DNA of 50,829 nucleotides from Octopus bimaculoides (taxonomy: Eukaryota): NCBI RefSeq assembly GCF_001194135.2, contig NC_068983.1, forward strand, positions 135,242,614-135,293,442, in the 5' to 3' direction. The notes beneath the pieces were generated by a model. That model had not been told where the DNA came from. It saw only the letters and a program-made list of their open reading frames with translations, and searched no databases. Shown in pieces: positions 1 through 11,283 of this stretch. Made by a program: the position numbers and the translations under genes. Numbering within the stretch: position 1 is the first letter of the stretch; each line of letters starts with the position of its first letter.

Positions 1-128
1 TATATACATGCATATATATACATACATGTATATATATATACATGTATATATATGCATGTATATATATATACATATATATATATATGTATATTTGTATGTA
101 TATGTATGTATATATATTTATTTATATG

Positions 129-178
<50 letters not shown>

Positions 179-196
179 TGTGTGTGTGTGTGTGTG
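1..196. repeat. Compound (TA)n/(TATG)n/(TG)n microsatellite
   Basis: Directly visible; abuts a SINE-A 3' half, matching the internal microsatellite seen in full SINE-A copies. Confidence 0.95.
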
Positions 197-400
197 TCTG
201 TCTGTGTTTGTACCACTACCATCGCTTGACAACCGATGTTGCTGTGTTTACGTCCACGTAACTTAGCCGTTTGGCACAGCACAACGATAGAATAAGTACT
301 AGGCTTATAAGGAATAAATCCTGGTGTTGATTTCTTCGACTAAAGACCGTGCTCCAGCATGGCTGCAGTCACATGACCAAAACCAGTAAAACAATAAAAA
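197..400 (+). mobile_element. SINE family A (octopus-type tRNA-derived SINE), 3' half
   Basis: catcgcttgacaaccgat...gatagaataagtactaggc...gtgctccagcatggc matches the reverse complement of 6751-6940. Confidence 0.85.
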
Positions 401-439
401 AACTATGCCATTTTAAATCCGAGCAACACCGGGTATCTC

Positions 440-474
<35 letters not shown>

Positions 475-577
475 CAAAGTAAAATTACGCAAAAAGAAAA
501 ATAACACTGACATCTCATTTTAACAAATATATTTACCAAAATTACATAAAAATATCTTGAAGTATTACAGAGTAAAT

Positions 578-706
578 TTATTCAATAAAATCGCCATTGG
601 CTTCATCCACGGCCTCCAGATGGCTTCGGAATCTGCTGCAACTCTTTTGGACAGTCTCCTTGCTTAAGTTGGTGAATGCTGCCATAATCCATGCCTTCAG
701 TTCATC
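578..706 (-). pseudogene. Tc1/mariner-superfamily transposase C-terminal fragment
   Basis: Minus strand reads DELKAWIMAAFTNLSKETVQKSCSRFRSHLEAVDEANGDFIE*, a typical Tc1/mariner C-terminus (..RLEAV..A.G..IE*). Confidence 0.75.
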
Positions 707-1304
707 TTTTTTTTTGTTGAATATATTAAATATAGCTTAATTGTTACAGTATCTGGCGTAAACCTACAGAGTTCGGATCCCATGACTCGACTCTGCCTTA
801 CATCTCCCTCTCGCTCTACAGTAGAGGGTGTTAAAATGCGTACTTTACAAATCCGTACGTGCTCGTTAATATGACATCTATTGATATTTTGCAAGCTAAT
901 CCATTGCACAAACATTATGTGTCTCAACTTGTATTCGTTGTGTTGTTGCTTCGAGACAACTGAGTTCTTTGAACAAAATATTCACGTCTTACATAAATCC
1001 ATTATCGCCATTTTTGACAAATGTTGCTGGGCAGATCGGATAAAGTGAAGTATGAAGTTACCGACTAATATATTGAAAACGACCACAGCAACTAAAACAA
1101 ACTTCGTTTCAGAAAAGAAACACATGAGACAGTGGACTGTATCTCTTTTTTGATCCAATAAAGAAAATTGTATTATGTATAAAATAACAATAATTATATG
1201 ATATATATGGTAACGATTCAGTTGTTCGATTAATTATCTGCTCATTAAATTGGCGTATAAATAGCTGAGTATTCCACAGACACGTGTATTCTTAGCGTGA
1301 TTCT

Positions 1305-1640
1305 CAAGTTCGTTTCGCAACCAAGTGGTTCCGGATTCAGTCCTACTGAGCGGCATTTTGCTCTTTTATATTCCTGGGATGACCAGTTTGGTAGACGGAC
1401 ACAACGTGGAAGAAGCCCGTCTTATACATGCATACATGTGGGGGGGGGTGTATGTGTATGTGTGTGTCCTTGTGTTTAACCATCCACCACTTGACAACCG
1501 GTGTTGGGTGTTCATATGCCCATAACTTAGCACTTCAGCAAAAGAGACCAATAGAATAAGCACCAGATTTAAAACGCTGAAGTCGGTTTGTCTGACTAAA
1601 CTTTTCAAGATTTTGCCCAATGGCAGAAGCTAGTAAAAGA
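1305..1640 (+). mobile_element. SINE family A, diverged near-full copy
   Basis: B-box-like ggttccggattcagtcc, tttggtagacgga, internal (TG)n, then cttgacaaccggtgttgg...aatagaataagcacc. Confidence 0.75.
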
Positions 1641-1699
1641 ATGAAAGTATGAATAGTTCTCCACCGTTTTCGACCATGACGACTCAATTGTTCGATCAA

Positions 1700-1985
1700 C
1701 TGAATTACCTGCTCTTGAATTAACGTGTAAATAGCAGAGAATACCAGACACAACTGAACCCTTAATGTAATTTTCAAGCAGAATCAACGTGACAATGTGA
1801 GACAAGGGTGTATATTTGAATTACAGGTACAGTCCATCCGACGGGCTTCTATACAGTTTCCGTCCACTCGATTTCACTTATTTAGTATGGACCGACACGA
1901 TGCAATAGGAAATTACATTCGCCCAAGATGACACATACAGGAGGACCGAACCTGGAATCTCTTGGCAGCTGAGCGAACTTTTTAA
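1700..1985 (-). mobile_element. Old SINE-like composite (SINE-A head plus a second repeat tail)
   Basis: gacgggcttctatacagtttccgtc...gcccaagatgacac...gaacctggaa aligns loosely with 6975-7100. Confidence 0.5.
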
Positions 1986-2099
1986 CTAATCGATCGTATA
2001 CGCGTATGTGTGCACGCGTGTCTGTGTGTATGTGTACATATATGTGCGTGTATGTCTTTGTAAATACATCTCTTTGGGCATATATATTCCTTCAGCATA

Positions 2100-2330
2100 T
2101 CTTCATGATTTGGAAACCGTTTTCTTTCCTTCAGATCACCTTTAGGGCTTTCTAATGCCAATGAAGTGTTTTAGCCAGTTCGTGTAAACCTCGTTAAGGG
2201 ACTCCAGTTGGGTCTGAAGCCGATCTAGATTTCATTCTTCTCACTATTTCTTTCATTTCTCTAAAGGACCGGTGCTCTTCTGACTGAGAAGCGAACAGTA
2301 AACTTGATTTCTTTCATATCCAATGTCCAA
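2100..2330 (-). pseudogene. Decayed RT N-terminal fragment of an RLE-type non-LTR retrotransposon (HERO/NeSL-like)
   Basis: Minus strand reads EMKEIVRRMKSRSASDPTGVP*RGLHELAKTLHWH*KALKVI*RK, resembling EV..VVRKARA.SAPGP.GVPY...LW..L.VIWR; several stops. Confidence 0.45.
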
Positions 2331-3439
2331 TTCAATTAGACAACGGAAAAATTGAATGTTTTCCCCTTGATATCGTGTATCTCCATTGATATCAATGTTT
2401 TTGTGGACGAATATCTGAAACTGAAATTCTATATCGAAATTGAAATTGAAATTTGATTCGAAATACTCTTCAAACAACCTTATATTAACTGTTACATCTA
2501 AATAAATTGCTAAGTAATCAGTAGTTGCCAATAAATTTTGTTGCCGGGAGTAATAAAACTAGATTGATTTGAAGCAGAAATTACTTATCTAACAACTGTT
2601 ACGCAGCATAATTATTTTAATCGCCCTTCTGACAAAGTCCCGTGTAAGCAGTTTATAAAAGTTAACGTTAATCCGATAAAGATTATCTCAATGATATTAT
2701 TTATTGAAAGCATGCGTTTGTACTATTGCATTGCTGCTTTATTGTTGTTGCTGCTATTGGATAACTCTGGTTAATCCTAGCGTCAGAAATTTTACATACT
2801 TACACAAAATGGCAGCCAAATCTCCCGTAGTAAACTCCCCATCGTTTTTTGTTTTTTTTAATGAGATTCACGTAACTTTGGGTTGCGTACACCAGAATTA
2901 AAATGCCAGGGTCGTAGCTAGATTGAAACGCTAACTGAACGAAGGTCAACTAAAATAAGAGAATATCTTATAAACTCGGATACATCTGTTGTGCTGGCAC
3001 TACATTTTCATACTAAGTATCTAAGTAACCGCTTACGATTCATAGGTTTGCTGAATAACAAACTGTAACAGTTACAACAACAGGCGTTGCAACCGCCGAG
3101 TGCATACGGAGTGGGTTTTCTTGATTGAAAGGTAATAAGTTGGTTTTTCGTCACTGGAGCTGTTTTATGCTCTGAGGAAATGCAGGCAGATAGATAAAAA
3201 AAAGTTGTCGTCAATTCTACAATACTCTCGCTACTTAAAAGCTTTGTATCGTACAATCCCAAATTTGTGTTACCTGTTTAAAGCCAAATGGACGAAACTA
3301 GCAAGAGTGATACTTTTGCCAAAGACATAATAATTTCCTGTGAGATGACAGTGAATCACCCCGACACCTTATCGTCTCAGCTACGAGTCCTGCCACATAA
3401 CTGAAAATGATCTCTGTCAACAGCCAGCATGATACCCCT

Positions 3440-3770
3440 ACGCAGTCACTCGATCTACTCAAAATAGCTACTAAATCACCCGCGAATCACACTTTACAGT
3501 CTTTTTCACGTTGGATTTTGTAGTATTAGATATTCTGTGTCTGAATAATATTCAAGACCGGAGTGAGTTGCTGTTCTTGTTTTCGCTCCAAATCAACCCA
3601 AATAGAACTGATTTATGATAAAAGATGATCTGCATATATTCAGCCTGTCTTTTTGCATATCAAGTACTACAATGTTCAACACATGCTTTCTTTTTGAAGA
3701 AGACAGGCTTTGATTTTGGGAGTTTGAGCTGCTATTTCTATCCAGTGAAGTAAACCACAAAGGGACCCAC
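3440..3770. repeat. Old repeat with diverged inverted arms (MITE-like)
   Basis: aaatagctactaaatcacccgcgaatcac (3462-3490) loosely mirrors gattttgggagtttgagctgctatttc (~3712-3738). Confidence 0.35.
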
Positions 3771-3879
3771 TCAATTGTTCTTTAGTATGTGATTATATCT
3801 TAATCACTGTAGTTTCCTAACCTTATATAAAAACTACAGTAGTTTCACTTTGCTCTCTGACAAATCACAAGAGGATTTT

Positions 3880-4474
3880 CATTTAGTAGCTATTTTGAGC
3901 AAAACACAGTTTTACTGCGTAGTCACTGTCTGCTGTAGTGAATGTCAAACTGCCCTGTGGAATACAATAAGCGCTCGATTTGCGCTTGCAACACTACACG
4001 CAGTGTTGAGTATTGTAACCATTGACGCAATATAGCGACAGGGATATGCTAAGAACCACCGATATCTTGACTGCGTGCCCAGTGTCCTGTTAAACGACTA
4101 CCCAATGTTCTATTGACATAAATATTCGTATTCCAATCAATGACACATATCAGACACAATCAACGTTATATATTTTGTACAAATATGATTTGAACAACAA
4201 TATTTCTGTATTCAAATTGTGACTTTGAGGCGATATGCATAAACTGTAAAACAATTGGTCATTCATTGTAAATGTTGATGCATTTATTCATTCTAATAAT
4301 CTGTTTGAGAAAATCAAATAATCTGTCGAGACGATCACTCCATTTCATATCGTTCGTTTGACATGAACATGTCAGCATTGACTGTCATCGGAAGGTCCAG
4401 AGGATGGTCGAACATAAAGGAGAGAAGGACCATTAATAGTGAGATGAGTTCAAGAGTGTGTTTGTGTCTGAGAG

Positions 4475-4513
<39 letters not shown>

Positions 4514-4879
4514 CGCGCGCGTGAGTGTATGTGTGTGTGTGGTGGGAAGGGAAGAAAGGTGAAAGTAGGAGAGGAAAAGAAATCTGCCAAAAGAGACAAA
4601 GAGGGAAAATTAGAAGAAACGTCTTGAGAAAGACGAAGCAGTTGAAAGAAAGCTAAAGGACATGACAAATTTGGGGAGAAGAATTCTGGCAGAATGTGGT
4701 TAAATGTGAGAATGACCAGACAACGAGATGTGTAATTAAAGAGGGGAACGGTGGGGAGAAAAGTTAGACATGACGAGACAGAAAACAATTGCTTGATTAG
4801 AACCTCAGAGAGAGGAGGGAGAGAAATATAGAGGGAGAGACAGAAAGAGGGGTAAAGTGAGAGATCATTGCGTATATGT

Positions 4880-4917
<38 letters not shown>

Positions 4918-4990
4918 AGAGAAAGAGAGAAAGAAAGAAATAAAGAAAGAGAGTGAGTGAGTGAGTGAGAAAGAGAGAGTGTGAGGTATG
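3880..4990. repeat. Left arm of a long diverged inverted repeat (partner 8702-9535)
   Basis: Exact reverse-complement anchors: 4267-4294 vs 9203-9230 (28 bp) and 4230-4247 vs 9250-9267 (18 bp); collinear similarity on both sides. Confidence 0.9.
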
Positions 4991-5920
4991 AATGAAGAAA
5001 CATTAAGGTGGTTGCAGTATTGTAAAATGGAGTTTGTGCAAACAGTGAACTTTAAAACAGGTTATTCCTATATAAGGATAATCAGTAGATGACGAAAAGA
5101 CAAGCAGTAACTTGAGACCACTTGAATAAACAAAATACATGCATACATGCGCGCGCGCGCGCGCGCGTGTGTGTGTGCCGGCACCTGTGCTCATGTGTGC
5201 GTGTATAAAATTATACACATTTATACATACATGCATTAATACTTTTACATATAATATCTATATGTATATGTATAGACACATACGCAGACACACATACGCA
5301 CGCACACACACACATACAAACACACATACACGCATATACACACACACACACAAACACGCACACACGCACACTCATACACGCATATACACACACACACACA
5401 CACATATATATATAAAGATTTACTTTTCGTAATGAGATAAAAAAACCCAAGGCTGTGTAGATATTAGAACATTTATAAATAGACGGTCTTACAGCTGTTT
5501 CCATGGTATTTATTGTATCTCTTCATCGGAGACGGTGTGAGAAGATGGTTAAGCAATAGTTAATTTAGATAAGATACGAAATAGAGAGTGAATTGGAGGA
5601 ACATTGGACCCCTTATTCGCAAAGTCACCGAACCTGGAGCTTAACTATGGTCTATCCATAGCACTTACTCAGCATTACCTGACNNNNNNNNNNNNNNNNN
5701 NNNNNNNNNNNNNNNNNNNNNNNNNNNNNNNNNNNNNNNNNNNNNNNNNNNNNNNNNNNNNNNNNNNNNNNNNNNNNNNNNNNNNNNNNNNNNNNNNNNN
5801 NNNNNNNNNNNNNNNNNNNNNNNNNNNNNNNNNNNNNNNNNNNNNNNNNNNNNNNNNNNNNNNNNNNNNNNNNNNNNNNNNNNNNNNNNNNNNNNNACAT
5901 ATATATATATATATATATAT

Positions 5921-6366
5921 AATAAATCTCTGAACGAGGTATAAACAGTAGCTGCACGACAACATGAAGTATATTTGCCACTTAAATGCAGCTAACTACT
6001 AAGGGTGAATGCTACTATAGTTTGTAGCCCCAGGAGAACACCTTCTCCAGCTGGCTATTGGCACACTCTCTGTGCCCTATCAGTATTTGCAAAGGGAAGT
6101 CATCCTTCCCATCGTTGACCTGACGTGATACGCACGGACCCGAGTTTCTGGATATGTACCCTTCGCCAGCGCACGATGCGAAGATCACCCGATTCAAATC
6201 CTTTTTCCAGAGACGAAAAGTCACTGATCTCGAAAAAGTGTAAACAAGCAATAATAAATCTCTGAACGGGGTATACTGATAGGGCACAGAAAGTGTGTCA
6301 ATAGCCAGCTGGAGAAGGTGTTCTCCTGGGGCTACAAGCTACAGTAGCATTCACCCTTAGTGATTA
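5921..6366 (+). repeat. 333-bp LTR-like unit in partial tandem plus an inverted partial copy
   Basis: aataaatctctgaacg(a/g)ggtata at 5921 and 6254; 6283-6361 is the reverse complement of ~6001-6086; junction ...CAACA|TGAAG at 5964/5965. Confidence 0.6.
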
Positions 6367-6750
6367 NNNNNNNNNNNNNNNNNNNNNNNNNNNNNNNNNN
6401 NNNNNNNNNNNNNNNNNNNNNNNNNNNNNNNNNNNNNNNNNNNNNNNNNNNNNNNNNNNNNNNNNNNNNNNNNNNNNNNNNNNNNNNNNNNNNNNNNNNN
6501 NNNNNNNNNNNNNNNNNNNNNNNNNNNNNNNNNNNNNNNNNNNNNNNNNNNNNNNNNNNNNNNNNNNNNNNNNNNNNNNNNNNNNNNNNNNNNNNNNNNN
6601 NNNNNNNNNNNNNNNNNNNNNNNNNNNNNNNNNNNNNNNNNNNNNNNNNNNNNNNNNNNNNNNNNNNNNNNNNNNNNNNNNNNNNNNNNNNNNNNNNNNN
6701 NNNNNNNNNNNNNNNNNNNNNNNNNNNNNNNNNNNNNNNNNNNNNNNNNN

Positions 6751-7131
6751 TGTTTCAGTCATTTGACTGCGGCCATGCTGGAGCACCGCCTTTAGTCGAG
6801 AAAATCGACCCCAGGACTTATTCTTTGTAAGCCTAGTACTTATTCTATCAATCTCTTTTTGCCGAACCGCTAAGTTACGGGGACGTAAACACACCACCAT
6901 CGGTTGTCAAGCGATGATGGGGGGACAAACACAGACACACAAACACACATACATATATATATATACATATATACGACGGGCTTCTTTCAGTTTCCGTCTA
7001 CCAAATCCACTCACAAGGCTTTGGTCGGCCCGAGGCTATAGTAGAAGACACTTGCCCAAGGTGCCACGCAGTGGGACTGATCCCTGAACCATGTGGTTGG
7101 TAAGCAAGCTACTTACCACACAGCCACTCCT
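6751..7131 (-). mobile_element. SINE family A, well-preserved near-full copy
   Basis: Minus strand: A-box-like tggctgtgtgg, B-box-like gggatcagtccc, gcaccttgggcaagtgtc, internal (TA)/(TG), tail ending atgactgaaaca at the gap. Confidence 0.9.
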
Positions 7132-7369
7132 GAATAGAATATATTATACAATCAAGCATCACTAATCCAGCTTCTATTAACCCGATTCCACCACTAATTC
7201 GGGTGTTTCGATGCACTGATCTGCTGCAACGGTTATGGTTGTGTTAGTTGCAGCATCAGGTTTTGATGTGAACATATAATCATTAGCAAGTTTTTCGTAC
7301 TCGCTTTCCTGCATTTATTATTATTATTTATTTACAGTCTGATCCGTGCTTTCCTTCTCTCACTTTTAG

Positions 7370-7448
7370 GAGTACAGTAGATACAGACAGCGCGTCCAAG
7401 TATCTTCTAGTCTTCTCTGACGAAACAGAAGTCGTAACATCTGGTCAT
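7370..7448 (+). other. Candidate internal exon (unproven)
   Basis: Pyrimidine tract ...cacttttag| and |gtaaga; one open frame STVDTDSASKYLLVFSDETEVVTSGH; no recognised homology. Confidence 0.2.
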
Positions 7449-7540
7449 GTAAGAAGATAATAAAAACTGGATATACCTACGCCGCTACCTGTTTCTTATT
7501 CTGGATCATTACGGTCAGCTGATCGAATGTATATACATCG

Positions 7541-7632
7541 GTGTGGCTGTGTGGTAAGAAGCCTGCTTCATTTCAGCCTGCTTCATTTCAGCCTGCTTCA
7601 TTTCAGCCTGCTTCATTTCAGCCTGCTTCCCA
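7541..7632 (+). repeat. SINE-A head carrying a 15-bp tandem amplification
   Basis: ggtgtggctgtgtggtaagaa followed by gcctgcttcatttca x4 (7561-7620) and gcctgcttcccaa. Confidence 0.85.
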
Positions 7633-7640
7633 AACGTTAA

Positions 7641-8028
7641 GGCTAGGTAAACATCTCAAGTCATATACATTATGATTATTGGAAAAAATTCAAAGTGTTA
7701 CAGCTGTTTCTGAGATATCCCCGATTATGGGATATTCCGTTATCAGAGACAAATAGGGGAAAAATAGGAAAAATGAGAATGGTATATAATGAAATGACGA
7801 CATAGAGGAAGGGATTTTTCTTCTCTCTCGTCATCCCCTTATTCCTTTACTCCTTTCCTCTATGTCGTCATTTCATTAATATATGCCATTCTCATTTTCC
7901 CTATTTTTTCCCTTATTTGTCTCTGATGATGGAATATCCCATACTCGAGGATATCCCAGAAATAGCTGTAAGACTTTGAATTTTTTCCAATAATAATAAA
8001 GTATACAACTTGACATGTTTGCCTTGCC
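7641..8028. mobile_element. Foldback MITE with ~170-bp TIRs, TTAA-flanked (Kolobok-like)
   Basis: 7641-7812 mirrors ~7850-8028; TTAA at 7637-7640 and 8029-8032; ends are GG...CC (RR...YY). Confidence 0.7.
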
Positions 8029-8059
8029 TTAAAGTTTGTTGTCCCCTTTAGCAATTATA

Positions 8060-8095
<36 letters not shown>

Positions 8096-8701
8096 TGTAT
8101 GTATGTATGTATGTATGTATGTATGTATATATATANNNNNNNNNNNNNNNNNNNNNNNNNNNNNNNNNNNNNNNNNNNNNNNNNNNNNNNNNNNNNNNNN
8201 NNNNNNNNNNNNNNNNNNNNNNNNNNNNNNNNNNNNNNNNNNNNNNNNNNNNNNNNNNNNNNNNNNNNNNNNNNNNNNNNNNNNNNNNNNNNNNNNNNNN
8301 NNNNNNNNNNNNNNNNNNNNNNNNNNNNNNNNNNNNNNNNNNNNNNNNNNNNNNNNNNNNNNNNNNNNNNNNNNNNNNNNNNNNNNNNNNNNNNNNNNNN
8401 NNNNNNNNNNNNNNNNNNNNNNNNNNNNNNNNNNNNNNNNNNNNNNNNNNNNNNNNNNNNNNNNNNNNNNNNNNNNNNNNNNNNNNNNNNNNNNNNNNNN
8501 NNNNNNNNNNNNNNNNNNNNNNNNNNNNNNNNNNNNNNNNNNNNNNNNNNNNNNNNNNNNNNNNNNNNNNNNNNNNNNNNNNNNNNNNNNNNNNNNNNNN
8601 NNNNNNNNNNNNNNNNNNNNNNNNNNNNNNNNNNNNNNNNNNNNNNNNNNNNNNNNNNNNNNNNNNNNNNNNNNNNNNNNNNNNNNNNNNNNNNNNNNNN
8701 N

Positions 8702-8791
<90 letters not shown>

Positions 8792-9535
8792 AATCTATCT
8801 ATCTATCTCTCCTTGTCTCATGTTCTCGCCTAGCAACAATCCTAAAGTCTCATCGTCTTTAATTACACACCTCTTCTCATCGTCTGGTCACTCTCATAAT
8901 TAACTGCTCTCCGCCAGTTTTCTTCCCCCAAAATTTTTTGCACCTTATAGCCTTCTATTCTCTCCCCCTTTCAGTCTTATCCCCCTACACCACCACCACA
9001 TTTACATATATGTTTACTTTTAAGAACAAACGCACATTTGAACTCATCTCACCGTTAATGGTTCTTCTCTCCTTTATACTCGACCATCCACTGAACCTTC
9101 CGACAGTTAATATTGACACCTTCATGTCAAATCAACAATATGAAAAAGTGTGGTCGTCTAGACAGCTTGTTGGATTTTCTCAAATACAGATTATTAGAAT
9201 GAAGAATGAATAAATGCATCAACATTTACAAACAATGACTGATTGTTTCACAGTTTATGCATATCGCTTCAAAGCTGCAATTTGAATACAGAAATACTGT
9301 TGTTCAAATCATATTTGTTCAAAATACGTTAGGTTTATTGTGTCTGATTATATGCGTAGTAACGTCCTTGATTGGATAACAGATATTCATGACAATAGAA
9401 CACTTGACAGTCAGTTAGTCAAGAGGTCAAGCATTCAACGTCTGAACTCACTTTGCGCTTTTTATATTCAACAGGGCAGCGACAACATTGTAAAACTGTT
9501 GTGTGTTTTACTCACAATATCTACTGAATAAAAAA
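8702..9535. repeat. Right arm of the long diverged inverted repeat (partner 3880-4990)
   Basis: Same anchors as the left arm; (CT)n at 8702 mirrors (GA)n at ~4880. Confidence 0.9.
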
Positions 9536-9649
9536 CTTTTCTGCAGTTGTGGAGAAAGCAATGTCAAACCATGCAGGTCTTTGAATAATTTTATCTCCTA
9601 CGCTTATTGATTAAACTATGATCAGCATCAGTGCTTAGCACATTTACAG

Positions 9650-9715
9650 AAATAAGTTTGGGCATTCTAAATACCTTCACGTACATTCAAATTGAGATAA
9701 AGAGTTATATAACAG
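9650..9715 (+). other. Candidate 66-nt phase-1/phase-1 exon (unproven)
   Basis: catttacag| ... ACAG|gtacgt; open frame ISLGILNTFTYIQIEIKSYIT. Confidence 0.2.
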
Positions 9716-9786
9716 GTACGTTTCAAGTGTGGTAGTGTAGATATTTATATTTTGTAGTTTATGAAACTTATGTCTAATTTACATAC

Positions 9787-9890
<104 letters not shown>

Positions 9891-10276
9891 ATATAATGGT
9901 GCGTGATAGTCTGCGAGTGTGCGCGCGTGCGTATATCATACCTACACATGTCACGCGAAGGAATAAGAAAATACTTTTGATCAGAGATATTTCTAGTCCA
10001 AGGAGAATGAGATTTAACTTGATGACTCATATCACTATTGTCATACGACTATAGCGACAAGGGATTAAAATCTGATGTGAACGTGCCGACTATTATTGAT
10101 ACAATGGCTGACATTATCGGAGATATTATTACGCTGTAAATGACTAAAACATTCCCCTATTCAACTTTATATTGTATAAAACAATTTTATCAGCCCCTTT
10201 CTTCACTCTCTTTTTTTTTTCTGTAAGTACAGTACTCTTATAAACTACTGAATACTTTTCACACTATCAGTTACAT

Positions 10277-10396
10277 GTCACAAGGTTGTTTCGTTATGTA
10301 GCTACACTTTAATATTTGTATATTTATAATTAATTTCCTTCTTACGTTTTTAAATGGTTTTGTACAGTTGTGGTTGTTTTTGTATCATGCTTTAAG
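10277..10396 (+). repeat. 120-bp direct repeat, copy 1
   Basis: Matches 11284-11403 with 6 substitutions by my count. Confidence 0.95.
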
Positions 10397-11283
10397 TACA
10401 GAAATAGATTTGGGAGATGCTCGAATTCTTTCTGACGAGATTCTCGCATTGTATCTTTACGAGGAGTTTTTAAAATATTTGCTTCCATTTGCAACCACTG
10501 TACACAGCCCAAATTTTGAAAGTGGAGTTGTGAAAATTTTACAACATGCAGAAGCAGAGCTAACTGCGGATAAAGAAGTTGCTCTACATCAGCTGAAAGT
10601 GGCGACAGACATCACAACAATCTGATTTACCTGTGTAAGATGATGATCTTGCTTTGATTTGTTAACGCAAAAAAGATAAAATTTCACCTCAGCAGTATCT
10701 GAACTGTAGATTTTTGTTACCAACGTCCAACATCTTGGAACGTTTCTTCAGCTCAGCAGCTTACACTTTTAATGGTTTACGGCAAAACTTAACGCCAATG
10801 AATTTAGAAATGCAATTATTTCTAAAATTCAATCGCACTTTCTGGGATGAAGACCTAGTTTCAGAAATATGCAATCGTTCATGACCTTTTGCTATATTAG
10901 GATATTTTAACTGTGCTACTCGTTTGAGAAGCTCTTTCTATTAAAGACCTTCAATTTATCTGTTTTTCAACTGCGGCATAATGTAGAGTATACATATTGT
11001 TTATTCCCTTTTCTAATCAATAAAATTGAACTTTGAATTTTTTCTGATAATAAAGTTTTTTGAAACTATAAGACGTGCCTTTTATTTTCCTATCATTTTG
11101 GCTCTTATCTAAATCGAAGCTAACACTCCAAAATATATGGTGTTTTTACGTTTCGGCAAAATAATTGACAATTAATTGCAATTAATTGCGATAAATGATT
11201 GGTCTGTATCCTAATTAAAATTAATTGACTGCTAAGAAAATAATTGATTGGAAAGGTTACAATCAATTATTTACAACCCCATG
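10397..11283 (+). mobile_element. 5'-truncated hAT DNA transposon with decayed transposase C-terminus
   Basis: FATTVHSPNFESGVVKILQ then YLNCRFLLPTSNILERFFSSAAY...LTPMNLEMQLFLKFNRTFWD (hAT dimerisation motif PTS...ER.FS). The right end reads CATGGGGTTGTAA on the minus strand, with a 13-bp subterminal hairpin at 11238-11272. Confidence 0.8.

Noticed and set aside
2253-2531. 92-aa minus-strand ORF
   Set aside because: Non-ATG start, low-complexity middle; the recognisable signal is a decayed RT in another frame.
6283-6320. CTGATAG-hairpin-AATA as a hammerhead in the 333-bp unit
   Set aside because: G8, A9, G12 and A14 equivalents all deviate and no stem I or III closes.
7060-7131. tRNA-like A/B boxes here and in the other SINE heads
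   Set aside because: They continue into SINE bodies and I cannot fold a complete cloverleaf; not tRNA genes.
7561-7630. Short regular repeats that might suggest CRISPR (also 37508, 45669)
   Set aside because: No unique spacers, no cas genes, eukaryotic context.
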